Origin: an uncultured Desulfobacter sp.
Lineage (GTDB): Bacteria > Desulfobacterota > Desulfobacteria > Desulfobacterales > Desulfobacteraceae
Assembly: GCA_963665095.1 (NCBI GenBank)
Contig: OY762069.1
Coordinates: 992,001 to 1,056,000 of the forward strand
Direction of reading: 5' to 3'
DNA length: 64,000 nt
The notes beneath the pieces were generated by a model. That model had not been told where the DNA came from. It saw nothing but the letters and a program-made list of their open reading frames with translations, and did not search any database. Of this stretch, positions 22,164 through 31,853 are shown one piece after another. The translations under genes were made by a program, and so were the position numbers. Position 1 is the first letter of the stretch, and each line of letters begins with the position of its first letter.

Positions 22164-24086
22164 CTATAGTGCTGCCAAGACAATACGGTAGCAGCGAAGG
22201 CATCGGGCTGCCTCGGTCCTTGCCGTGAACGTGGAAAACCCTTTTTCCACCTCTTCAAATCCTTTTATCCGCACATCAGGATCCATGACCGGTGCTTCGG
22301 CACGCAGGGTGCATCCGGGATAGGCAAATGGCGGGTCGGATTTAAAATGGGTCGGCGTGTCAATCAAATCCTGAATCATATCTTCGTCATCAGGTTGACA
22401 GGCTCCGGTGTCAAGGTACTGGATAATGGCCAGAGCCGCTTTTTTTCCGGCAGCCAGAGCTGCGATAAGGGTGCTGGGACCAGTGGCGCAGTCGCCGCCG
22501 CCAAAAAGATAGGGTATAGTTGACTGGCCTGTTTCATGATTGATGTTCAGGGTGTTCCACCTGCTTAGAATATCCTGATCATCGGACAGAAAGGTATCCA
22601 GCGTGCAAATTTGTCCAATGGCAGGAATAATGGCGTCACAGGGCATGACAAATTCAGACCCTTCCACCGGGATGGGCCGCCGCCGTCCGCTGTGGTCAGG
22701 TTCTCCCAGTTTCATTTTTATACATTCAAGGCCTGTGACCCGACCGTTTTCATCTGCCTTGATGCTGATGGGCGCCATAAGGACATGGAATGTCACCCCT
22801 TCCTCCTTGGCTTCCCTGATTTCATGGGGATCCGCCGGCATTTCTGCTTCCGTGCGGCGGTAGATCAGGTTGATATCAGTAAATCCCAGGCGCCGGGCTG
22901 TTCTCACACAATCCATGGCCACATTGCCACCGCCAATAACCGCTACCCGTTTTCCGTTCAGAGGCGTTTCTCCACGGCTGGCTTTGGCCAGAAAATCCAC
23001 GCCGGGCATAAAATTTTCATAGCCTGCATCTTCCCCCTCGCAGCGCATTTTAGCCGGTGCCGGTGCGCCTGCACCGACAAATACCGCTTTGTAACCCTGG
23101 TCAGCCAGACTCTCAAAAGAGATATCCTTTCCTATGGCAGTATTGTATTTTACCTCGGCACCCAGCGCCTTTACCATCTCCATTTCGTGGGCGATGACGT
23201 CCCTGGGCAGACGGTAGGACGGAATACCATAGGCAGCCATGCCGCCAGGCCCTTCCTGGGCTTCGAATATGGTGCTTTTAATGCCCTGTTTGCCCAGGTA
23301 ATAGGCACAGGAGATACCGGCAGGTCCGGCACCGACAACGGCCACCTTTTCCGGACGGGCCTCGGGAAGATCCTGTGCCGGTTCAAGCCGGCCTGCCATT
23401 TCCAAATCCCCCAGAAAGCGCTTCACCGCACGCACGGCCAACGGTGCGTCTAATTTGCCTCTGCGGCATGCAGCCTCACAGGGCCGGACACAGACCCGGC
23501 CAATGGTACCGGGCATAGGACATCTTTGCCTGACGATGTTCATGGCCTGGGACCAGTGTCCCATGCGGACATTTTCAAGATATGCCGGAATATCCACGTG
23601 GGCAGGGCAGGCCTGGATGCAGGGTGCGGTAACGATAGATGCATAGGTCTCACTGGCTTTTGTTGTTCTTCGAATGCCTTCTGCCGCCTCCATGAACTGG
23701 CCCTTAAACTGGTCCATTAAGTCCAGTACCGGCTTGGCCAGTGTCCTGCCAATGTCGCACCGGGCTGTTATAGCAATTTGGTTTGCCAGGTGACGTATCC
23801 GGTCAAGATCCTCAACTTTGCCCTCTCCCTTGACCAAGTCAGCAGAAAGTGTTGCCAGCCGTGCTGTTCCAAGACGGCAGGGGGTACACTGGCCGCAGGA
23901 TTCTTCTGCGGCCTTTTTCAGATATGCCGCTAAAAGGCAGACCGGGTCTATCCGGCCATCCCAGATTTTGATGCCATCCCACCCCATGATCGCTTTGGGA
24001 GTTTTGGGCCATTGTTCTGAATTAAAGACAGACAGATCCAGTTCCTGTCCGTCACCGCCCCAGGTGTCTATGACTGGATTACTCAT
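22164..24086 (-). CDS. GltD/NfnB-like FAD/NAD(P)H oxidoreductase with N-terminal NuoF-type 4Fe-4S domain
   Basis: ESCGQCTPCRLG, PCIQACP, GRVCVRPCE, GAGPAG, GGGNVAMD, YRR, RCLRC. Confidence 0.85.
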   Translation of the reverse strand: MSNPVIDTWGGDGQELDLSVFNSEQWPKTPKAIMGWDGIKIWDGRIDPVCLLAAYLKKAAEESCGQCTPCRLGTARLATLSADLVKGEGKVEDLDRIRHLANQIAITARCDIGRTLAKPVLDLMDQFKGQFMEAAEGIRRTTKASETYASIVTAPCIQACPAHVDIPAYLENVRMGHWSQAMNIVRQRCPMPGTIGRVCVRPCEAACRRGKLDAPLAVRAVKRFLGDLEMAGRLEPAQDLPEARPEKVAVVGAGPAGISCAYYLGKQGIKSTIFEAQEGPGGMAAYGIPSYRLPRDVIAHEMEMVKALGAEVKYNTAIGKDISFESLADQGYKAVFVGAGAPAPAKMRCEGEDAGYENFMPGVDFLAKASRGETPLNGKRVAVIGGGNVAMDCVRTARRLGFTDINLIYRRTEAEMPADPHEIREAKEEGVTFHVLMAPISIKADENGRVTGLECIKMKLGEPDHSGRRRPIPVEGSEFVMPCDAIIPAIGQICTLDTFLSDDQDILSRWNTLNINHETGQSTIPYLFGGGDCATGPSTLIAALAAGKKAALAIIQYLDTGACQPDDEDMIQDLIDTPTHFKSDPPFAYPGCTLRAEAPVMDPDVRIKGFEEVEKGFSTFTARTEAARCLRCYRIVLAAL

Positions 24087-24598
24087 AAATGCTCCTTTTA
24101 TATAATCGCCTTATCTTCCGGATAACTATTTTGTATGCTGCAGGACAAAACCTGAAAGATAATGCATGGACCCCATCCTAAATGTATTACAACGAATAGT
24201 CTTGAAACCTGAATATGTTAAAAGACCGTTTTTGTCAAACAATATGCAGGCAGAATAGCGTTTTCATTCAATTGAAATTCAAGACAGGTTAAATCGCACC
24301 TATTTAACGTTAACAGCCTTTCCGGAAATGGAATGCCATCCATACAAGTCCTTCCGGTACCTGGGAGGAAAAATAAAAGCAGTCTGTTAGAAGTGGATTT
24401 CTTCTTGCACCAGATCCCATAAATGGCGTATTCTACGACCACAGAATATTTGAGTTGAAGCAGTATTATTTGTAATAAACTGATTTTTTGTCAAAATTTC
24501 CCTGCCCATAAAGACTTTCGCATCAAATTATCCGGTACAGTCGCCGGTTGAAAAGATATTATTCTGGCATTATGCCGAAAGAGAGGTGTCCATTGAAA

Positions 24599-26023
24599 AT
24601 GCGTAAAACAAAGATTGTTGCCACCATATCCAACCTGAACTGTTCGGTGGAATTTATTGACAGGCTTTACAAGGCCGGTATCAATGTGGTGCGCCTGAAT
24701 ACCGCGCATATGACCCATGATGATGCCATGGAAGTCATTGAAAACACCCGTAAAGTATCGGACAAGATTGGCATCCTGCTGGATACCAAGGGGCCTGAAA
24801 TCAGAACCTGTGACGCGGAAGAACCATTGTCAGTTTCCCATGGGGACTACATCCGCATCAAAGGCAAGGCAGGTGGTATTTCCAGAGGTGACCTTATCTA
24901 TGTCTCCTATCCCCATTTTGTGAATGATGTGCCGGTTGGGTCGTCTATTCTGATTGACGACGGGTGCATTGCTCTGGCTGTGGAAAAAAAGGAGGATGAC
25001 TGCCTGGTCTGCAGTGTGGAAAATGACGGGGTGATTTATCCAAGGAAAAGTATCAACATTCCTTCGGTCCACGTCAAATTGCCGGCCTTGAGTGAAAAGG
25101 ACAGAAACTTTATTGCCTTTGCCGCTGACCAGGATCTTGATTTTATTGCCCACTCATTTGTCCGGAATAAAGAGGATGTGATTGCCGTTCAAAAAATTCT
25201 TGACGAAAAAAAATCTCCCATAAAAATTATTGCTAAAATAGAGAATGCCCAGGGTGTGGAAAACCTGAAGGAAATATTGGAATATGCCTATGGGGTAATG
25301 ATTGCCAGGGGGGATCTGGCCGTTGAAATCCCAACGGAGAGAATTCCATTGATCCAGAAACAGATGGTCAGCACCTGTGTGGAGTTAAGAAAACCGGTTA
25401 TTGTTGCCACCCAGATGCTGCACTCCATGATCAAGTCCCCAAGGCCCACCCGGGCCGAGGTCTCTGATGTGGCCAATGCCTGCCTTGACCATGCTGACGC
25501 ACTGATGCTGTCAGGTGAAACGGCCAATGGGAAATATCCTGAAGTCGCCGTTCGGACCATGGCCAAAATTGCCCAGGAGGTGGAGGAAAAGAGAAGCTCA
25601 TTTATTGATGTGCCCTATTCAAGCGAAGACAAGCTTACAGACTATCTTGCCAAGGCAGCAGTAAAGTCGGGTTTGCGGCTGAACACCAAAGGGATTGTGG
25701 CGGACTCCCTATCCGGAAAATCAATTCTGGCTCTGGCAGCCTACAGGGGGGATAATCCCATCTACGCCCAGGTATATGACAGAAGGGTCATGCGCCTGTT
25801 GTCTCTGTCTTTCGGTGTGTTTCCCGATTATATTCCCCTAGATGCCAGTTCAAGGGATTCGGTTGAAAAATCCATCTGCCGGCTGGTTGAGGAAAAATGG
25901 TTCAAAGATGAGGATCTCATCATTGTCCTGGCCGGCAGTTTCGGCCCGGAGCAGGGTGCCTCTTTTATTGAGATCAGTACTGCCAGACGTTTCAGTGATC
26001 AGTGTACCCTGGAGGCTGAATAA
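24599..26023 (+). CDS. pyk: Pyruvate kinase
   Basis: RKTKIVATI, LDTKGPEIR, IIAKIE, ARGDL, ATQMLHSM, MLSGETA; start after GAGAGG (TTG at 24593 is an alternative). Confidence 0.96.
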   Translation: MRKTKIVATISNLNCSVEFIDRLYKAGINVVRLNTAHMTHDDAMEVIENTRKVSDKIGILLDTKGPEIRTCDAEEPLSVSHGDYIRIKGKAGGISRGDLIYVSYPHFVNDVPVGSSILIDDGCIALAVEKKEDDCLVCSVENDGVIYPRKSINIPSVHVKLPALSEKDRNFIAFAADQDLDFIAHSFVRNKEDVIAVQKILDEKKSPIKIIAKIENAQGVENLKEILEYAYGVMIARGDLAVEIPTERIPLIQKQMVSTCVELRKPVIVATQMLHSMIKSPRPTRAEVSDVANACLDHADALMLSGETANGKYPEVAVRTMAKIAQEVEEKRSSFIDVPYSSEDKLTDYLAKAAVKSGLRLNTKGIVADSLSGKSILALAAYRGDNPIYAQVYDRRVMRLLSLSFGVFPDYIPLDASSRDSVEKSICRLVEEKWFKDEDLIIVLAGSFGPEQGASFIEISTARRFSDQCTLEAE

Positions 26024-26028
26024 CGGAA

Positions 26029-26769
26029 CTACTCTTTTTTCTGATGGGACAGGATGTATTCAAACTCTTCAGGATAGTGTTTTTTTAAGCATTCCGGGCA
26101 GACACTGTGTGTGATGTCTGCCTGGGAATGCTTGTCAATATAGATATCCACCTGCTCCCAGTTACCCTTGTCGTCTCTGATTTTTTTACAAAAAGAACAT
26201 AATGGCAGGATGCCCCGCAGGGTTTTAATTTCTGACAAAGATTCCTGCAATTGATTTATCAATGCCTCACGTTCTTTATCCGCGCGTTTCTTCCAGGTAA
26301 TATCCCGGCAGATACAAAAAATCAGTTTTCTGCCTCTGTAAACACCGCCGTTATTGCTCAGTTGGATGTCTAAAAGGGCACCATTCTTACGGCGATGAAC
26401 GGTTTCAAACAGGGCACCATGGTGATTGACTTCTTTGATCAGCTTAAGAATCTGCTCCTTGGATAGCAGGGCGTCCCAGTCCCAGGCATAAAGATTGCGT
26501 ACCTCGTCCATGGTAAATCCCAGCATCTGGGCAAAGCGTTGATTTGCTTCAACAACCTTGCCTTTCTCGTCAAGAATGACAATGGGATCCCTGGACTCTT
26601 CAACCAGCATGCGGCGCCATTGAATTTCATCTTCAAGCAGGGCCTGGGAAGCCTTGAGTTCAGTTTCAAGATTTTCCAGTTCACGAATTCTATTTTTCAA
26701 TTCAGATAAAGTTGCTTTTTCAGATATGGCACTTTCCGATTGAAGAGAAATCACAACGCCCCCTACCAT
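26029..26769 (-). CDS. PAS-domain protein with C-terminal CxxC...CxxC domain
   Basis: PAS core (IVILDEKGKVVEAN...RRKNG...CRDIT), coiled coil, LPLCSFCKKIRD...HSVCPEC. Confidence 0.8.
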   Translation of the reverse strand: MVGGVVISLQSESAISEKATLSELKNRIRELENLETELKASQALLEDEIQWRRMLVEESRDPIVILDEKGKVVEANQRFAQMLGFTMDEVRNLYAWDWDALLSKEQILKLIKEVNHHGALFETVHRRKNGALLDIQLSNNGGVYRGRKLIFCICRDITWKKRADKEREALINQLQESLSEIKTLRGILPLCSFCKKIRDDKGNWEQVDIYIDKHSQADITHSVCPECLKKHYPEEFEYILSHQKKE

Positions 26770-26899
26770 AGGTAATTGATATGTTATGCAATCCAGGGGT
26801 TATATGTTCTTAGCACATTAAAAGTCAAGTCTTGAATTGCTAACTAAAATTCTAACAAGAACCCATGATTATGAGGCGTTACATGAGACTGGCAACCAT

Positions 26900-27808
26900 T
26901 CAACCGGTTTCATCCATGAGGTTTTGGGCGTTGTAGGAAGATCGAACATGGGGGCCGCAGGCGATTTTTTTAAAGCCGGTTTGCCTGGCCAAGGTTTCAA
27001 GTATTTCAAACTGCTCAGGAGCGTAATAGGTGACCACGGGCAGATGCGTTTTTGTGGGCTGGAGATACTGGCCTATGGTTAAAATTTCGCATCCATGCTC
27101 CCGCAGGTCTGCCATGGTATCGGTAAGCTGTGCCATGGTTTCGCCTAACCCCACCATAATACCTGATTTGACCGGGATATGCGGGGTCATCTGCCGGGCA
27201 CGGGCAAGAAGATCTAAAGAACGCTGGTAATTCGCCTGGGGCCGGACCTTTGCATATAGAGACGGTACGGTTTCGACGTTGTGGTTCAGCACGTCAGGGC
27301 CTGCATCCAGCACGGTTTTTAACGCTGCTTTATCCCCTTGGAAATCCGGGATCAATACTTCCACCCGGGCGGAGGTGTCTGGGCTGTTTTTCAAGGTGTT
27401 ATCTGTCACAATTTCTTTAATGGCGGTGATGGTGCGGGCAAACTGGCCTGCGCCGCCATCAGAAAGATCATCCCGGGTGACCGAGGTGACAACCACATAG
27501 GTAAGGCCAAGCGCTTGCGCTGCCCGGGCCACCCGTATAGGTTCCTGTTCATCCACAGGCTCCGGATCAAGGTTTGTAATATTGCAGAACCGGCAGTTGC
27601 GGGTGCATTGGGCGCCTAAAATCATAAAGGTGGCAGTATGTTTTGAAAAACATTCAAACAGATTGGGACAGTTGGCTTCCTGGCAGACCGTATGCAGCCG
27701 GGACCTGTTGAGAAGTCTTGTTACACGCTGGTACTCACCACCCCGGGGAAGCCTTTTTTTCAGCCAGGCAGGTTTGGGCTGATATTTGGGTTCAGTATCA
27801 CAGATCAT
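26900..27808 (-). CDS. lipA: Lipoyl synthase
   Basis: TVCQEANCPNLFEC, CTRNCRFC, HNVETV, GQYLQP, RSSY; ATGA overlap with the lipB stop. Confidence 0.96.
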   Translation of the reverse strand: MICDTEPKYQPKPAWLKKRLPRGGEYQRVTRLLNRSRLHTVCQEANCPNLFECFSKHTATFMILGAQCTRNCRFCNITNLDPEPVDEQEPIRVARAAQALGLTYVVVTSVTRDDLSDGGAGQFARTITAIKEIVTDNTLKNSPDTSARVEVLIPDFQGDKAALKTVLDAGPDVLNHNVETVPSLYAKVRPQANYQRSLDLLARARQMTPHIPVKSGIMVGLGETMAQLTDTMADLREHGCEILTIGQYLQPTKTHLPVVTYYAPEQFEILETLARQTGFKKIACGPHVRSSYNAQNLMDETG

Positions 27809-28533
27809 AATATAACTTCCGAAAGCGTACATTCAAACATAGTGGAAAAGGCCTCTAACAGCAGTTGCCGGGTGTTGTTAAAAATCTGGGAGCCCTTAGA
27901 TAAAGCATTTCCGGTATTGATGCCATCGCTTTTTTGCATATACAACTCATGGGCCACCGAAGTCATTTCAATGTGTTCAAGACCGCAGGGGTTGATCCAT
28001 GAAAAAGGGGTAAGATCCAGTGTCACATTCAGGGCAAGTCCATGAATGCTGATGCCTTTTTTCAGCGCAATTCCCACAGAACCAATTTTTTTTTCCCCCA
28101 CCCACAGCCCGTGGTTTCTCTCGTCCCTGTCTGCCTTAACATTTAATCTGTTACAGACTAATTTCATCATCTCTTCCAGACACCATACAAAATCAGGCAC
28201 TGATATTTTTCTTTTTTTCAGATCCATGACCGGATAAACCACAGCCTGACCCGGCCCATGAAAGGTAATATTCCCGCCCCGGTCTGTCTGGATCACCTGG
28301 ATATTTTCTTTTTTTAAAAAGTCCCGGGACACCATCAGATTCTTCAGTCCCCCCCGCCGCCCAAGGGTAAAGACGGCCGGGTGCTGGACAAAAAAAATCC
28401 TGTCAGACACAGTGCGGTCAAGCAGCTTTTTTTCAAGCAGCTGTTTTTGAATATCAAGCGCCCGGGCATATTCCAGAATGCCTAAATCCTGAAATTCACA
28501 CGGACGTTTGATTTTTACTGCTGTTACGGTCAT
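27805..28533 (-). CDS. lipB: Octanoyltransferase
   Basis: HPAVFTLG, DRGGNITFHGPGQ, KIGSVG, HGLALN, NPCG. Confidence 0.93.
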   Translation of the reverse strand: MTVTAVKIKRPCEFQDLGILEYARALDIQKQLLEKKLLDRTVSDRIFFVQHPAVFTLGRRGGLKNLMVSRDFLKKENIQVIQTDRGGNITFHGPGQAVVYPVMDLKKRKISVPDFVWCLEEMMKLVCNRLNVKADRDERNHGLWVGEKKIGSVGIALKKGISIHGLALNVTLDLTPFSWINPCGLEHIEMTSVAHELYMQKSDGINTGNALSKGSQIFNNTRQLLLEAFSTMFECTLSEVIL

Positions 28534-28580
28534 ATGCGATTCTTTGGTGCCCCCCCTCACACAAGGCAGCCGGGCACAAG

Positions 28581-30035
28581 TTATCCTTTCAGTATGGGTT
28601 TGCGCGCTGCCGCCACCTCATCCAGACGGGTGACCTTTGGCAGATGGGGCGCGGTTTTAAGTATCTCCGGCGAATCAGACGCTTCTTTGACAATGGCTTT
28701 TACAGCTTCAATGAACTGGTCAATATCCTCTTTGGACTCTGTTTCCGTGGGCTCAACCATAAAGGCAGAATCCACCACCAGGGGAAAGTAGACCGTGGGA
28801 GGATGAAACCCGTAATCCAGAAGGCGCTTGGCAAGATCCATGGTGGTAATGTGGTTGTCATGAACGGTTTTATCCGTAAATACGCATTCATGCATGCATG
28901 GCCGGTCATAGGGAAGATGCAAAATATCTTTCAAGCTCTCCTTGATATAGTTGGCATTAAGTACTGCCAGATCGGAAGCGCGCTTCAGTCCTTGTGCACC
29001 CATGGAAAGAATATATGAATAGGCTCTGACCATAACTCCGAAATGGCCGTAAAAGGTGTGCATCCGACCGATGGTATCCTTAAAGTCAGATACCAGGCAG
29101 TAGGCATCATTGGTCTTAATCACCCTTGGAATGGGCAGAAAGGGGGCCAGCTTTTTGGTAACTGCCACAGGGCCTGCCCCTGGACCGCCACCGCCATGGG
29201 GAGTGGAAAAGGTTTTATGCAGATTAAGATGAAGGACATCAATGCCGAGTTCCCCGGGCCTGACCACCCCCATGATGGCATTCATATTGGCCCCATCCCC
29301 GTACACCAGACCACCTTTGGCGTGGACAATTTCACAGACCTCTTTGATATTTTCCTCAAAAAGCCCAAGGGTATTGGGGTTGGTGATCATGATACCGGCT
29401 GTCTCCTCATCCATGGCTGCTTTCACCGTATCCGGGTCAAGAATGCCTTTATCCCCGGATTTGATATTCACAGACCTGTACCCGCATAAACTGGCAGATG
29501 CCGGGTTGGTGCCGTGGGCTGTGTCCGGAATCAGAATTTTGGATCGCTGGCGGCCTTGTTTTTCATGCCAGGCATGAATTACAAGCATGCCGGTGAGTTC
29601 TCCGTGGGCCCCGGCTGCCGGCTGCAAGGTAGCGGCCTGAAACCCTGTGATGTCACAAAGTGCCTGCTCCAGTTCATACATCAGCTTCAGCGCCCCCTGG
29701 GAAAATTGATCACCCGCCAGGGGGTGGGCTTTGGCAAAGCCCGGCCGGGCCGCCTGCACCTCATTGGTTTTGGGATTATATTTCATGGTGCATGAGCCTA
29801 AGGGGTACATGCCGGAATCCACACCAAAATTCCATTGGGAAAGACGGGTGAAGTGACGGACAACATCAAGTTCGCTCAGTTCCGGAAGTTCAGGCCCTTG
29901 GCCTGTCAGTTCCGGATCAAGAGAGGACGTGGGCACATCGGTTTCAGGCAATGAAATAGCACACCGGCCTTTCCGGCTCTTTTCCCACAGTTCCGGTTCA
30001 TTAAAAATAAGGCCTGTCGTACCTGGACGGGTCAT
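28581..30035 (-). CDS. gcvPB: Glycine dehydrogenase subunit 2
   Basis: PLGSCTMKYNP, AHGTNPAS, LNLHKTFSTPHGGGGPG, EPTETE. Confidence 0.96.
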   Translation of the reverse strand: MTRPGTTGLIFNEPELWEKSRKGRCAISLPETDVPTSSLDPELTGQGPELPELSELDVVRHFTRLSQWNFGVDSGMYPLGSCTMKYNPKTNEVQAARPGFAKAHPLAGDQFSQGALKLMYELEQALCDITGFQAATLQPAAGAHGELTGMLVIHAWHEKQGRQRSKILIPDTAHGTNPASASLCGYRSVNIKSGDKGILDPDTVKAAMDEETAGIMITNPNTLGLFEENIKEVCEIVHAKGGLVYGDGANMNAIMGVVRPGELGIDVLHLNLHKTFSTPHGGGGPGAGPVAVTKKLAPFLPIPRVIKTNDAYCLVSDFKDTIGRMHTFYGHFGVMVRAYSYILSMGAQGLKRASDLAVLNANYIKESLKDILHLPYDRPCMHECVFTDKTVHDNHITTMDLAKRLLDYGFHPPTVYFPLVVDSAFMVEPTETESKEDIDQFIEAVKAIVKEASDSPEILKTAPHLPKVTRLDEVAAARKPILKG

Positions 30036-31369
30036 GATTGCACCTCCTTTGCCAGAAAATCCATGGACTCTTTGGATACGGTTTCTGTGGCGCAGAAAAG
30101 ATAGTGGTCTTTCAATTCCGGATAAAAGGGTTCAATGGGAATGCCTGCAAATACCGCATGGTTTTCAGCAAGCGTCCTCCTTTTATCCTTGAACCCATTG
30201 GGCGCTTTCAGAATAAATTCATTGAAAAAGGGCTGGTCTGATACCGGTTCAAACCCGGCATTGACCAGTATGTTTTTAAGGTAGACGGCCTTGTCGTGAT
30301 TGATCTGGGCGATCTGTCTGATGCCGGTTTTTCCTGCAGTTGAAAGATAAATCGCCGCTGTCATGGCATTCAGTCCGTTGTTGGAACAGATGTTGGATGA
30401 GGCTTTTTCCCGCCGGATATGCTGTTCACGGGTGGCAAGGGTCAGGACATATCCCTTTCTGCCCTCGGCATCCATGGTTTTCCCCACAAGACGTCCGGGA
30501 AGGTTTCTCATCAGTGCCCTGGTACCTGCAAGCAGTCCAAGTCCGGGCCCGCCAAAGCTTTTGGCAATGCCAAGACTTTGTCCCTCTCCGGCCACAAGGT
30601 CAGCCCCGAAAGAACCTGGACTTTTCAAAAGGCCATATGCCATGGCTTCAGTAAAGGAGGTAATGAACAGGCAGTTTTTTTCATCAGAAACGGCTTTAAA
30701 CGCCTTGAGATCCTCAATGTTTCCAAAAAAATTGGGGGACTGGATTGCCACCCCGGCCACCTGTTCCATGGCTTGAAAAGCTGACACATCGGTTTTACCG
30801 TTTTTATCGGCGGGAATTTCAAGGATACTGTATCCTGCCGGGGAAAGGTACGTCTGCATGATCTGCCGGTGGAAAGGATGAATCAGGCTGGATACGGCAA
30901 TTTTGTCAGCATCCCTGGACTTTCGCAGCGCGATAAGCGCACATTCAGCCAGGGCGGTTCCGCCGTCATAGTGGGAAGCTGTGGCAATGTCCATACCCAC
31001 AAGCCGGGTAATCATGGTTTGAAATTCATAAATGCCCTGCAGGGTTCCCTGACTGACTTCAGGCTGGTAAGGGGTATAGGCTGTCATGAACTCCGACCGG
31101 GAGACAAGATAGGGCACAATGGCTGGAATGTAATGGTCATAGGAGCCTGCCCCGATAAAGCAGGTACATCCTTTGCCGGCAACGTTGGATAAGGAAAGTT
31201 TTTCCATCCCGGTATTAAGCTCCCATTCGCTCAATCCCTTACCAAGGTTCAGCCCTGTCTTGGTTTTCAGGGTATCAGGAATGGTGTTGAACAATTGATC
31301 CAGGCCTGAATATCCGATTTTTTCCAGCATCTGGTCAATGTCTTCTCCTGTATGCGGCAGGTAACGCAT
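30032..31369 (-). CDS. gcvPA: Glycine dehydrogenase subunit 1
   Basis: MRYLPHT, YTPYQPEVSQG, FGGP, TREQHIRREKASSNIC. Confidence 0.96.
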   Translation of the reverse strand: MRYLPHTGEDIDQMLEKIGYSGLDQLFNTIPDTLKTKTGLNLGKGLSEWELNTGMEKLSLSNVAGKGCTCFIGAGSYDHYIPAIVPYLVSRSEFMTAYTPYQPEVSQGTLQGIYEFQTMITRLVGMDIATASHYDGGTALAECALIALRKSRDADKIAVSSLIHPFHRQIMQTYLSPAGYSILEIPADKNGKTDVSAFQAMEQVAGVAIQSPNFFGNIEDLKAFKAVSDEKNCLFITSFTEAMAYGLLKSPGSFGADLVAGEGQSLGIAKSFGGPGLGLLAGTRALMRNLPGRLVGKTMDAEGRKGYVLTLATREQHIRREKASSNICSNNGLNAMTAAIYLSTAGKTGIRQIAQINHDKAVYLKNILVNAGFEPVSDQPFFNEFILKAPNGFKDKRRTLAENHAVFAGIPIEPFYPELKDHYLFCATETVSKESMDFLAKEVQS

Positions 31370-31374
31370 GATAT

Positions 31375-31773
31375 TTATCCTTTCAACATGTCAAGGTAAG
31401 CGCTTTTGTCTTTAAGGCTGTCCATCTGGGAAAGGTCTTCAGGTTCAATTTTAACCAGCCAGCCTTTTTCGTAGCAGTCTGTATTGACAAGTTCAGGTGC
31501 GTCTTCAAGATCGGGATTGATCTCAACAATCCTGCCAGCCACAGGCAGAAAGATCTCAGATACCGCTTTTACAGATTCCACACTGCCAAACTCATCACCC
31601 TGGCCAAAGGAATCTCCGGGTTCCGGCAGTTCCACAAACACAATTTCACCCAGCTGGTCCTGGGCGTAGTCTGACAGGCCCACGATGACAAGATCTTTGT
31701 CAACCTTTGCCCACTCATGGTCATCCGTGTATCTGACATCCCCCGGGAAATTAAGTTCATCCAAAGATTTCAT
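31375..31773 (-). CDS. gcvH: Glycine cleavage system H protein
   Basis: HEW, YAQDQLG, VESVKAVS lipoyl-lysine motif. Confidence 0.96.
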   Translation of the reverse strand: MKSLDELNFPGDVRYTDDHEWAKVDKDLVIVGLSDYAQDQLGEIVFVELPEPGDSFGQGDEFGSVESVKAVSEIFLPVAGRIVEINPDLEDAPELVNTDCYEKGWLVKIEPEDLSQMDSLKDKSAYLDMLKG

Positions 31774-31853
31774 GTTGCCTCCTTTTATTGCAATGTGTGA
31801 CCGTTATTTTTGTGTCCGTTCGGAAACCGGGCAATCCTGTTTCCGGCAGGACA

